DNA of 64,000 nucleotides from Octopus bimaculoides (taxonomy: Eukaryota): contig NC_068981.1 in the NCBI RefSeq assembly GCF_001194135.2, forward strand, positions 180,840,339 through 180,904,338, read 5' to 3'. Made by a program: the position numbers and the translations under genes. A model generated the notes under the pieces. That model saw only the letters and a program-made list of their open reading frames with translations, did not search any database and had not been told where the DNA came from. This document shows, one piece after another, positions 1 through 12,117 of the stretch. Every line of letters begins with the position of its first letter. The stretch's first letter is position 1.

Positions 1-193
1 ATAAGGTTACAGTAATTAATCTATTGTTTTCACATTTCAATTAAAAAAATTGTTATGAAGGTGTAAAAGTATGAACCCTTGCAGTAGAGTTTCTTCACTA
101 ACCCAATTAAACTGTCAGTATATCATAACAAGTATTGGGTTTTTGCATGAGTGAGAGAACTTGATGCCGTTTCAAATTAGGATTTTGAGCTCA

Positions 194-574
194 TTGTTGT
201 TGGCACTCCGTCACTTACGGCATCGAGGGTTCCAGTTGATCCGATCAACGGAACAGCCTGCTCATGAAATTAATGTGCAAGTGGCTGAGCACTCCACAGA
301 CACATGTAACCTTAACATAGTTTTCGGGGATATTCAGCGTGACACAGTGTGACAAGGCTGACCCTTTGAATTACAGGCACAATGGAAACAGGAAGTAAGA
401 GTGAGAGAAAGTTGTGGTGAAAGAGTACAGCAGGGTTCGCCACCATCCCCTGCCAAAGCCTCGTGGAGCTTTAAGTGTTTTTGCTCAATAAACACTCACA
501 ACGCCCGGTCTGGGAATCAAAACCGCGATCCTATAACCGCAAGTCCGCTGCCCTAACAACTGGGCCATTGTGCC
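194..574 (-). mobile_element. tRNA-derived SINE, family A, full length with (AAC)n tail
   Basis: Minus strand starts GGCACAATGGCCCAG..GGTTTTGATTCCC (A/B-box-like). Closely similar along its length to 63339-63723 and 43107-43498. Confidence 0.85.
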
Positions 575-920
575 TCTACAATTTTGAGCTCATAACAGCA
601 AGAAAACGACAGGATGGAAAGAAGAATGGAGAAACCTTTCGAATGGAGAAACCTTTTGAATGGAGAATAGGTCAATAGTTAAAAAATAATAAACAATTAA
701 CTCAAAGAACTAAATGCATAGCATACATACACTTTTATATACATACTTGTTGAAGAATTCAAAAATACTAGAGATTTTGTTTATAATTCTCTAAGAGTAA
801 GGTTACTTTTGATAACAGTAATAGGATATGGTTTAATGGGTTATTGCTATTATACTGAAGAAATAAGACATCAAACTATGAAAGTAGAAAAACAAAAATG
901 TTTTTAATCATAAAGCTTAC

Positions 921-1049
921 CAAGATTCAAATCACAGTTCCGACCAGTAAATGTTGGTAAACAAGTACATTTATAATCCTGGTCCTGGTCAACACAAGTT
1001 CCTCCATTCTGACATGGATAAGAATAGCAATCATTGACATCAACTTTAG
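921..1049 (-). CDS. crb: crumbs exon 3: first EGF-like repeat (129 nt, phase 1-1)
   Basis: Acceptor tttctttttccctttcag|CT and donor CTT G|GTAAGC. Encodes (T)KVDVNDCYSYPCQNGGTCVDQDQDYKCTCLPTFTGRNCDLNL(G), six-Cys EGF spacing, in frame with exon 2. Not in the ORF track. Confidence 0.9.
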
Positions 1050-1193
1050 CTGAAAGGGAAAAAGAAATTTTAAAAACAAAAATTCAGAAAGAGTTGTTCA
1101 TTTTTTTTTTTTATTTCTTCTTCGACACACACACACACACATACACACACACGCACGCATGCACCATCTTGCCTTTGTAATTTTGTTAAACAC

Positions 1194-1460
1194 TAAAGTG
1201 GCAAGCTAGCAGAAACGTTAGCATGCCAGACAAAATGCTTAGCAATATTTCGTCTGTTTTTACGTTCTGAGTTCAAATTCCACCGAAGTCGACTTTGCTT
1301 TATATCCTTTCAGGGTTGATAAATTAAGTACCAGGTGTGTACTTACATTGATCTGATTGGCCCCCTCCCCAAAAATTTCAGGCCTTGTGCCTAGAGTAGA
1401 CAAGAATATTTTAAGGTGGCAAGCAAGCAGAAACGTTAGTACACTGGGCAAAATGCTTCC
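1194..1460 (+). mobile_element. tRNA-derived SINE family D copy followed by a second head
   Basis: GCAAGCTAGCAGAAACGTTAGC..GAGTTCAAATTCC..GACTTTGC..ATAAATTAAGTACCAG, shared with 10270, 46545, 56872 and 59493. Confidence 0.75.
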
Positions 1461-1976
1461 AGTCTGATTTGACTTGGTTTCTACAGCAGCATGCCCTTCC
1501 TAACAACGACTTTACAGAGTGTTCTGGGTGCTTTTTATATGGCACTGGCACAAGTCCTATTTGGCTATTATTTTTAGCAAGTCCAGCAACCATATAGTGG
1601 CTCACTTTATGTAACATGAATGGTGATTATAGTGTACAATAAAGAATTTTTATTTTTATTAAACTTAAAAGAAAAGAGTCCTTGAGAAACTATATGGAAA
1701 TGCTTAAGTGACAAAACCTTCATTATTTCATTGATTAAAAGGTGATTTCTAATGAGGTGGTTGAACACAGCTGGATTGTATGAAGAGATGGTAATAAAAT
1801 GGAGATAAAATGATATTTTAATAAATAATGAAGAAGTATCATTTAAGACATCTTTTATAGATTATCACATATGAGTATGTTAAAGTGTCAGATAAACCAA
1901 GGTCAATTCACGAAATAAGACAGAGTGAGGAGTATTCACATTAGTATTGCAACTGCATGAATGCATGCATGCATGC

Positions 1977-2008
<32 letters not shown>

Positions 2009-2164
2009 GTGTGTCCATGCGTGAATATATGCGTGTATATATGAGCTTATTGTATAGTGTTCAAGTGCTCTACAACTCAATGGAAAAGCTTAAAAGAGAA
2101 GACAGAGAGAGAAAACATACAAGTAAAGGGAAGAAAGACAGAAAGGAAAGCGCTCTCTCTCTCG

Positions 2165-2201
<37 letters not shown>

Positions 2202-2312
2202 TATATATATAGAGAGAGATATGAGAAAAGGAATTGTACATATTGTGGAGGAGTTGATATTTTATTACACCTGAGGAGCTACATTAGTCACACGCACTTA
2301 TCTTCTATTTGT

Positions 2313-2409
2313 GACTTCTCACTGTGATCGTTCCAACCGACAAGAGGTGTTTTCAAGTACCACTTAAAAACACCTCTTGTAGGTTGAAATGATTATAGAG
2401 AGAGAAGTC
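2313..2409. repeat. long imperfect palindrome/hairpin (about 45-bp arms, 3-nt loop)
   Basis: ATCGTTCCAACCGACAAGAGGTGTTTT..AAGT-ACC-ACTT..AAAACACCTCTTGTAGGTTGAAATGAT; outer GACTTCTC/GAGAAGTC also pair. Confidence 0.8.
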
Positions 2410-3084
2410 TGAAGAGAATTATAACTCTACATTTGTATCACATATTGAGTACTAAATGTACAAAAAAAAAAAAAAAAGATACTTTGAATGATCCAAATTC
2501 AATAAAGATACTACTACATCAGAAGATGTATATCATCATTTTAACATCCACTTTTCCATGCTTACATGGGTCAGACAGAGTTTACTGAGGCAAATCTTCT
2601 ATGGTTAGATGCCTTTAATGTTGCTAACCTTCACCTATACATATAATCATCATCATCATCTTTATGCTTGCATGGGTCAGAGGTTATTGAGGCAGGTTTC
2701 CACAGCTGGTTCACTTTCCTGTCACCAGCCCTCACCTGTTTCCAAGCAAAGTAATATTTTTCTATGGTCAGCTTTGTTTTCACAGAATATTGTATTTAAG
2801 TAACACTGCATGTATGACAGTGAAACTCATTTACAACTAACACAAAATGTCAAGACAAAGAGAGACAGACAGATAGACACACACACACACATATATATGC
2901 AACGAGCTTCTTTCAGTTTCCATTTACCAAACCCACTCACAAGGTTTTGGCCAGCCCAGGATATAGTAGAAGACATCTGCTTAAGGTGCCTTACAGTGGG
3001 ACTAAATCTAAAACCATGGCGCAATGCCTGCTCAGATTGACTTTATTTTGAATATCAGCGCCTCTTAGGATTTTCATAGTTATG

Positions 3085-3412
3085 TAAGAAGCCATTCGCT
3101 GGCACTTTGTCGGTTATGATGATGATGATGAGGACTCCAGTGGATCCAATTGATAAAACAGCCTGCTTCTGAAATTAACATGTAAGTGGCTGAGTATTCC
3201 ACAGACACGTGTACCCTTAACATAGTTCTCAGTGAGATTCAGCATGACATGCGATAAGGCCAGCCCTTTGAATTACAGGTACAACTCATTTTTACCAGCT
3301 GAGTGGACTAGAGCACATGAAGTAAAGTATCTTGCTCAAGGTCACAATGTGCTGCTGGGAATTGAACTCACACCCATACAATTGTGAGATGATTACCCTA
3401 ACCACTAAGTCA
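3085..3412 (-). mobile_element. diverged SINE family A copy
   Basis: Shares AAGTGGCTGAG..CCACAGACAC..CCTTTGAATTACAGG with 194-574. Confidence 0.7.
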
Positions 3413-3821
3413 TAAATTGTACATTATTTCCAACACTGCTGACTTGTGTTACTAAAATACTTTATCATGACTTCTAGTCTCTTCAAAAAGCATGGGTGTT
3501 TTATTTGATTGCTTCTTTAATAAATATTTAAACTCCAGATTACAGATGCTAATCAACTTAGTTAATTAACCACTTTTTTGTAATGTTTATTTCTCTTCCA
3601 CTTCCTTAAAAGTATAACATTTGGTGGGGAGAGTCCTTTCACTTCTTTGAAGAGATAGCTACCCCATTCAGTCTCATGCTTTCTTCCACATTTCTCTCTA
3701 ACACTAAATGCTTCATCCTTGTAACTAATTATAGATCCACAACGGTCTGGTTATCAATGTAATCTAACTTTCTCTTTCCAACCCCTTTTCCTCTTCCTTC
3801 AACCCTCTCTGCTCCTTTTCA

Positions 3822-4090
3822 TCATCATCATCGTTTAATGTCCGCTTTCCATGCTAGCATGGGTTGGATGATTTGACTGAGGACTGGTGGACCAGGAGGC
3901 GACACCAGGCTCCAATCTGATTTGGCAGAGTTTCTACAGCTGGATGCCCTTCCTAATGCCAACCACTCAGAGAGTGTAGTGGGTGCTTTTATGTGCCACC
4001 GGCACGAGGGCCAGTCAGGCGGTACTGGCAACGGCCACGCTCGAAATGGTGTATTTCACGTGCCACCTGCACAGGAGCCAGTCCATCAGC
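3822..4090 (-). mobile_element. RTE-type LINE 3' end with (GAT)n tail
   Basis: (CAT)n CGTTTAATGTCCGCTTTCCATGCTAGCATGGGTTGGA, the same 3' module that terminates the RT-bearing copy at 55610-56825. Confidence 0.8.
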
Positions 4091-5645
4091 ACTGGCTTTC
4101 AATATATGAAAATCCATTTTTTATCATCTATTACCTTTCTTTAAGAATAACTATAGTTTTCTAACAGCCCCTTCTATTTTTAGTAATAAATTTCATAAGC
4201 TGAACCAAACACATCATTTGTTTCACCAGCATTTATGGAATGAAGCTTATGGCCATCTATAATAAATTATTTTAATTTACCGTTTGATTAAATATTCACA
4301 CACACACACACACAAACCCAATCTATTAGTGGCACAGTGAAGGATTGTAAGACATTCTAAAAATTCTCTATATGAAATTATTTAGGTAAATAGATGCACA
4401 CACTTGGGTGTATGCATTGACAGCTCAGCCAACACACCAACTCAACCATATATTTACAAACAGCAGAAACTCTCTGAACTCAAAAAGCCTTGTCACTCAG
4501 CAAGTGGCTTGTAACTCTGTTACAAATTTAGATAAAATGCGAAGACAGACAGTCACACACACTACTATTACTACTACAAAAACATTACACCATCTGCAAA
4601 TATACCAATCTAATGACTGAAACAAGTAAAATAAAAAGAAAGAAAAAATATCCGTATACATTTCATGATGTATTATCTTTGGGGAATTTGGATCATACAA
4701 AGTATTTTTTTTTTTTTTTTTTTTACATTTAGTAGTCAGTCTGCTTAGCTAACAACACAGTACCACCCTTATTTCACACCCGAGTGATTAGTGTTAACAA
4801 GGAACAGATATCTATCAATTAAACCATAAAATGCATTGTTCCATCAAACCGCTTTCCAACCTATGCTATGGTTTAAGCAAAGAAAAACAAAAGCAGATCA
4901 GCAAAAATTGATGGATCAATTACAGCAGATTCATAAATTGATGGTTCAAAATCACCATTATAATCACTATCATCATCACTCTCTCTCCGCCAATCATTTT
5001 GATTATTTGCTTCCTTGTTCACAAGTATAACATGAACAGGCTTGCATAAATGGTTGTTCAAGTGATTTTACATCACTCACAGCTAATCAATATCTTCTTA
5101 GTTTGGTTCCACTTATTGCTGGCCTCACATTTACCTGTTGGGTAAACTACTATTATGACAACGACGACTACTACTACAAGATATTATTATGAACAACTGA
5201 GAGAGCTTCAGCATGGCTCCTTGGTTTGTTAGAAATAGCAGCTCAATCTATTAAATTACCCTAAAACAAGGTTAGAAAGCAGTCCTAGATAACTCCTAAA
5301 AAAGACAGATGGTCATGGTTGGAATGTCTTTGATAATGTTATTCTGCAGATAAACAGCAATAGCTACTATTTCAATTCTCATTCTGTATCCATACAATTA
5401 TGGTGGTTTGTCAGCTAATTCAACTGTCTGTCTATCTACTAGCATACCTGTAAGTTTATCTATCTATTGGGTGTCTGCATACATTACATTAACATGCGAG
5501 TCCTAATCACCCATTAACATATATCTATTCCCATTCTTTGATGTAGTTCTATGTGTGCCATGAGTGTCTGTCTCAGAGAAAAACAAGTCATCTATAGAGC
5601 ACATCTTTAATATATCACTTCTCCAGAGGTCCACAAAAAGGACCT

Positions 5646-6112
5646 CAATAAACACTCACAACGCCCGGTCTGGGAATCGAAACCACAATCCTATGACTGC
5701 GAGTCCGCTGCCCTAACCACTGGGCCATTGCGCCTCCGGTGGCTACTTACACAATGGCATTATCACCATCACTGCTACTTATCCATCAAAAATGAGTCAT
5801 AATCACAGTCACTGGGGTTAGGGTATTCAGCTCATGATCGTAAGGTTGTGAGTTCAACTCCCAGCAGCATGTTATCCTCGAGCAAGATGTTGTATTTCAC
5901 ATTGCTCCAGTCCACTCAGCTGGCAAAAATGAGCTGCACCTTTAATTCAAAAGGCCAGCCTTGTCACACTCTGTGTCACACTGAATCTCCCCGAGAACAA
6001 TGTGAAGGGTATGTATGTCTGTGGAGTGCTCAGCCACTTGCACGTTAATTTCACGAGCAGGCTGTTCCGTTGATCAGATCAAGTGGAACCCTCATCGTCA
6101 AAACCAATGAAG
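5646..6112. mobile_element. SINE family A head (5646-5737, minus) plus family A-related copy (5808-6112, plus)
   Basis: Direct similarity to 194-574 and 63339-63723. Confidence 0.7.
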
Positions 6113-6325
6113 TACCAGTTTAGTTTTCAACAAAGCTTTCGAATTTGTACAAGAAACAAAGTTGTAATATTAAGCAAAAAAAAAAAAAAAAATGTTGCAA
6201 AATTCTCATTTTAACATCTTTTTACCATACCTGCATGGATCAGATGAGGTCATGCTGTAGCATAGTCTTCTATGGCCAGAGGCCTTTCCTGTCTCCAGCT
6301 CCCAATTGTTTCTAAGTGTGGTACT

Positions 6326-6745
6326 CTCTTTTACTCTTTTACTTGTTTCAGTCATTTGACTGTGGCCANNNNNNNNNNGAGCACCGCCTTTAGTCGAGCA
6401 AATCAACCCCGGGACTTATTCTGTGTAAACCCAGTACTTATTCTATTGGTCTCTTTTGCCGAACCGCTAAGTGACGGGACATAAACACACGAGCATCGGT
6501 TGTCAAGCAATTCTAGGGGGACAAACACAGACACACACACACAGATATATATATACATATATATATATACATATATATATACATATATNNNNNNNNNNTA
6601 CATATATACGACAGGCTTCTTTCAGTTTCTGCCTACCAAATCCACTCAAAGCTTTGGTCGGCCCGCGGCTATTGTAGAAAGACACTTGCCCAAGGTGCCA
6701 CGCAGTAGGAATGAACCCAGAACCATGTGGTTGGTAAGCAAGCCT
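6326..6745 (-). mobile_element. tRNA-derived SINE family B with internal (TA)n
   Basis: Reverse complement of the AGGAGTGGCTGTGTGGTAAG..GGCAAGTGTCTT..GAAACTGAAAGAAGCC-(TA)n-..GACTAAAGGCGGTGCT family. Confidence 0.8.
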
Positions 6746-8052
6746 GTGTGTGCGTGCGTGCACGTGTGTGCGCGTNNNNNNNNNNGCAAGCCTGTGTGTG
6801 CGTGCGTGCACGTGTGTGCGCGTGCATGTGTGTGTGTGTGTGCGCGCGTACATGTATCAAGAGCTGGGCAGATGGATTTCAGCTTTTGCTATATTACTGA
6901 TTCTTATCAATAATTCTTATTTAGCAGATAGTTCAAGATCTTGAAACAATTCCCCCCCCCCCCCATTTATGCTAGTTGCTGTAATTCAATATTTCATTTT
7001 TTACTCAGGTGTAGGTTTTGTTACACTTAAAATATCACCATTTCCCAACCTTCTTACTCTTGGGGAGCGTTTGAAATACATTCCATGTCTCAAGGAACCC
7101 TTTCATAAAAATCATTATATACCATTACTAATCCTTTTTCTCTTTTATCAGTTAAGTCTCATGAGAAATTTTATTAAATCATAAAATTGTCTTTGATAAA
7201 AGATGCAAATGCTAAACCCATCAGATACCATAAAGAAGGTTAAGAAATTTCCAAAACATTGTTTACACAAAAATACTCTACAATTCCTGAAGAGACATTC
7301 TTCTCACAGCGTTTCTTTACTAGCAATAGAAACTAGATTTTTTTAATATATAATTATTATTATCATCATCATCATAGACATTTAATGTAGATTTTCTATG
7401 CTGACATGGGTTGAACAGTTTGACAGGAACTGGCAAGGGCAAGGGTCGCACCAGAGTTCATAATCTGTTTTGGCTTGGTTTCTATGGCTGGATTCCCTTC
7501 CTAACACCAACCATTCCACAGAGTGTACTGGGTGATTTTTACATAGCACCATCACCAGTGCTTTTCACATGGTACCAGCACCCACACCAATGCTTTTTAT
7601 GTGGTACCTTAGTTTTAGGATCTCAATTCTGTTGTGACAAATGGGTCTTCTCAACTCAAATACACATTAACATATAATTAACCTATTTATCACTATTTCT
7701 CACAGATTCCTCACAAAGAAATGCTGATTTTATGTACAATCATCCTCATCCTCATTTTAACATCCACTTTTCCATGCTTGCATGGGTCAGATGGAGTTTA
7801 CTACAGCAAATTTTCTATGGCCAGATGCCTTTAATGTTGCTAATCCTCACCTGTTTCCAAGCAAGATAATCTTTCCCCATGACCAGACATTTTTGTAGAC
7901 TATGTGACAATTACATTCATTTACAACAACCACACAATATCAAGACAAACAGACACACATAATACATACCCACATTCATGTGTATAGACAGACAGAGAGG
8001 CAGATAGACAAAGTGCTTTTTTTAAGTTCTATCTACTAAATTGACTCACAAG

Positions 8053-8239
8053 CAAGGGCAGAGCTAAGGTGGAACAAGCAGGGTACATGCCCTGGGTGCC
8101 ACTTTGAGAGTGGCACCAATTTTGGCCAAGATCATTTTATAATCAAGCCATTTCTATGCATGTCTCCACTTTTTGGTTAGTGGGGGAGGAACAATTTTGA
8201 AGCTTGCCCTGGGCGCCATTTACTGTAGCTATGCCCCTG
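8053..8239. mobile_element. hAT-type MITE nested in a SINE B remnant
   Basis: Ends CAAGGGCAGAGCTA / TAGCTATGCCCCTG; 8-bp TSD CTCACAAG (8045-8052) / CTCACAAA (8240-8247). Confidence 0.7.
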
Positions 8240-8624
8240 CTCACAAAGCTTTGGTCAGTCCAGGACTATAATAGAACAGACTTGTCCAAGGTGTCATACA
8301 GTAGGACTGAACTTGAAACTATGTGGTTAGGAAGCAAATTTCTTAACTACACAGCTATGCCTGTGCCTTTATATATCAAAATCTACACCTGATAAGAAAC
8401 AAAATATAAAATCACATCAGTTTGTATCAATTTGAATATTTCTACATATTTCAAGATTTTTTTAATTAATTTCCAAACAAGAAGAATTAAGTGAGCTTCA
8501 AAAGGAATAACAAAGATTAAGTTAAAAGAAAATCAAGATTACAGCTAAAACTGAAATCCAGCCAACCAACTATCTTCCAATAAGCTGACAAACATTTTTT
8601 TAATACACAGTAATGTTATTTTGT

Positions 8625-8790
8625 GGAGGCACGTGGCTTAGTGGTTAGAGTGTCAGCATCATGATCATAAGATTGTGGTTTCGATTCCTGGACTGAGTGA
8701 CGCGTTGTGTTCTTGAGCAAAACACTTCATTTCACGTTGCTCCAGTCCACTCAGCTGGCAAAAATGAGTAACACTGCGATGGACTGGCAT
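8625..8790 (+). mobile_element. short SINE (family A-like head and core)
   Basis: GGAGGCACGTGGCTTAGTGG..GGTTTCGATTCC..CTCCAGTCCACTCAGCTGGCAAAAATGAG. Confidence 0.7.
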
Positions 8791-10577
8791 AGAATAATTT
8801 GTGAGCTCAGTGGACTTCACAGCAGCTCAAGTTGTCCAAAAGCAGGAAAATAAGGTTTTATCTTTAGTTGCTATGTGATAGCCAGGTTTTGCAATGTGGT
8901 ACAGGAAAATCCATACAACAGACAGGAGCTGTCATAGGCAGGGAAACCCCTTACTGTCATCATTTAATGTCTGCATTTTCATGTTTGTAATGGTTAGACA
9001 GAATTTGTTAAGACAGATTTTTTTGTCTATGGTCAGATACCCTCCTCTCGCAAACGTTCACTTGTTTCCAAGCAAAGTAATATTTTTCTGTAGCTAAACA
9101 TGTCTTTTATGGAAGACTGGAAACAAACAACCTTACTTGTATGATGATGATGCTTATTTACAACCATCTAGTGATGTCTAAACAAGGGTTTCATTCATTC
9201 ATACATGCATACATACATATGATGGGTTTCTTTCAGTTTCTGTCAACCAAATTCACTCACAAGGTTTGGTTAACCTGGGACTCATAGTAGAAAACACTTG
9301 CCGAAAGTAGCAAGCAGGGACTGAACCCAGGTCTACATGGTTGGAAAGTGAGCTTCTTAACAGCAAAGTCATGCCTGTGTCAATACCTTGCATTCAAATT
9401 TGAAACTTCTAGCTTATGAAATCCCGAAAAACCAATTTCATTAAAAAAAAAAAGTTTAGACCTTAAGACCATGACAGCAATTAATGTGGCACAACAATAA
9501 AATTGTAAAATTTAAGGTTCATTGTTTTTCTCAGCACAGATACACTCAACAGGGTTTTTGGCACTTCCAATTCAATTCTGATACTGAAGACAATGCAACA
9601 CTGAATGGGTTAATGGAACCAAGAAAGCTACTGGTTCAACCACAGATCCATGGAGATGTAACCGCTATCCAACTGTTAGTACTATGTGAATGATGATATT
9701 TTGTTAAATGTTCAAGTGTATTTAGTAATGAGAATTCTGTCTATCAGTGAATGAATTTTAGCCTTTTCATTGCAAAATTACATTTCATGGATATTCCAGT
9801 AATGATAATCTACCACAAATATAATTGGTATTTTCTGCAAGTTACTTTGCCTCAATAATTTTGACAAATCTCAAAAATAAAAAAAAACTTTTAGACATTA
9901 CATTCAACTGCAGATAAACTGGTATATAAAACTGCTTTCTATGTAGTTAAGGGGAATGAAATTTTGAATGGATATGTCTGATTTCTGCAGTAAAAGGCTA
10001 AAAATATCTTATTGTGTCTCTTCCATGTTATACAATTGTGAGGGAGAAGTGCCTTGAATTAAAATCCAACCAGATTTAATTTACTTATGCTCCAGTGATT
10101 GCTCAAAAAAAAAAGAAAAAACCAAAACTAATTAAGATATGCTAAAATATTTAGACTGTATCAGACATATCAGCTATATTTAGGTTGGCTACTCATGTGT
10201 TAGGAATCATCTCATATCAAATAAAGTGAAAGTAGAAAATATTAACTTTTAATATAGCTAAAAATAACAGGGCAGCAAGCTGACAGAACAGTTAGAACGC
10301 TGGGCAAAATGCCTAGAAGCATTTTGTCTGTCTTTAAGTCTTGAGTTCAAATTCTGCCAAGGTATACTTTGCCTTTCGTTCTTTTGGGGTCAAATAAAAT
10401 AAGTCAATGTAATCAACTTAACCCACTACCCTGAAATTGCAGCCCTTGTGCCAAAATTTGAAACCAGTATAGCTAAAACTATTAAAATAAATTTCTGAAA
10501 TAATATCTTTAAACTGAATTATAAAATAGACAGAATCAACTTTAACTGATTTAAATCAGTACATTCCTGGCAAGGGC

Positions 10578-11262
10578 CAGCCCTAGGGTTGCTGGCATCC
10601 TGGGCAAGCTGAACTTTGGCATGTACAAGCTGACAGTTGTGGAAATTTCCTTGTCTTTGTCACACCCTCCTTGGTGTCCCCTAGCACAGGGTGTCCCGGG
10701 CGCGAATTTTTTTTTCCCTACGAGAGTTCGGGACCGCTGCAATGAACTCATTTGCATACAGCCAATCAGAGCTCACCTTGACCTTGTTGTCAAGTTAACA
10801 AAAACACTCTACCAAATAAACTCAAAATGGAGAACAGTGTTGTAAGTCGACCGATCGCCAAATTACGCCTGATTTTAGGAGACAAGTAGTTAGATTTGCA
10901 TCAATACTTATTATCGGATTTTGTTAGGGCCTCATATGGGAAAAATGTGGGTAGAGGGTAATGCGATAGCAACCTTCTCCCTTTACTGTTTTACAAAGTA
11001 AACAACAACACAAATAACTACGCAGAGGCAGCCATGGTAAGAACAAGCATTCTTAAAAGAGAATAGAAGCATAGTCATTCCTTACCCAAGTGACCTTATC
11101 TTATCGCCCATCACTTGTTATGCACTCATAAATTAGTTTGATTGATGAGCTCTGATTGGCTGTATGGAAATACGGTCATAACGGGTCCGGAACTCTCGTG
11201 GCAAAAAATATTTCGCGTCTCTGCCGACTGCCCGAGTTGCCGGTATCTTGAGCCGGCCTTGT
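10578..11262. mobile_element. hAT-like MITE containing an inner MITE (10699-11219) with about 75-bp TIRs
   Basis: Outer ends AAGGGCCAGCCCT / GAGCCGGCCTTG. Inner TIRs GGCGCGAA..ACGAGAGTTC..CATACAGCCAATCAGAGCTCA, with the inverse at 11145-11219. Confidence 0.65.
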
Positions 11263-12059
11263 TCTAGGCAATGTTAGTTAGTGCATAGCAACTAATTGAA
11301 TTAAATTATGTTGTCTTTCGTCCTTTTTCCGAAGACAAAGGAATAACGACCAGACAAAAGTATAGGGATCCATGTACCCCAGTATGGCCGCGTGCAAATG
11401 AGAATCCTGTTTGTAACCATTATAGCTCACACATACTTTCCTCAGAGGTTGTATTGTTGTTTGTGTATGTATGATATTTGTTGCGATGAATGTCACTTCG
11501 TGATGTAGGAATGTGTATGTTACTGTATAACATGCCATCTGTTGATTAAAGATAACACTTGTCAAAACAGTGAAGTTAATAAGTCCCCGGTATACCCATA
11601 TTTTGAAACGTGGTTATTAAGTAAATTAATAATTATCATTTAACGTCTGGTAAATGTTTTATGATCTGAGCAAAAATGCGAGAAAGAGAGGAAATAATAC
11701 TATTTCTGTATTCAACCCCCCATCATCTATGTTTCACGCTATCTAAGTTCTCCATGTAAAAATGCCAGATAACCGTATGAAAACATTTAAGAAATAATAT
11801 GTATATAATTTTAGGAGAGGAAGCCGTGACAGTGTAAAGGTAAGAATTGCGCAAGTAATGAAATATTCCCAAATTGTTATTTCTTTTGTTGGTGAACCTT
11901 GGAACACAGTTACAAAATAAAAACTTTACAACAAACATAATACAAAACCTGCAAATGATAAAGTGCATGTCTAACACTGGGTTAAACTCGAATACAGCTG
12001 GAATAGTAATAGTCAGTGAAGAGAGGAATTGAAAGTAAATAAAAGATTATTATAGTTAC

Positions 12060-12117
12060 CTGAACAACAGTTATAGATAATCAACAGTGCTGACATGATG
12101 AAGACTCCCTCTTTCAT
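12060..12117 (-). CDS. candidate alternative first coding exon of crb (signal peptide MKEGVFIMSALLIIYNCCS+G)
   Basis: acaATG context, hydrophobic core, donor CAG|GTAACT in phase 1. Splicing to exon 3 gives ..CCSA-KVDVNDC, which fits the (-3,-1) cleavage rule. Confidence 0.4.

Noticed and set aside
2268-2300. CTGAGGA-GCT-ACATT-AGT motif
   Set aside because: No GAAA half-core follows.
9500-10080. Possible pogo/Tigger transposase relic (LYNMEET-like words on the minus strand)
   Set aside because: Too degenerate to read consistently by eye; needs tBLASTn/HMM.
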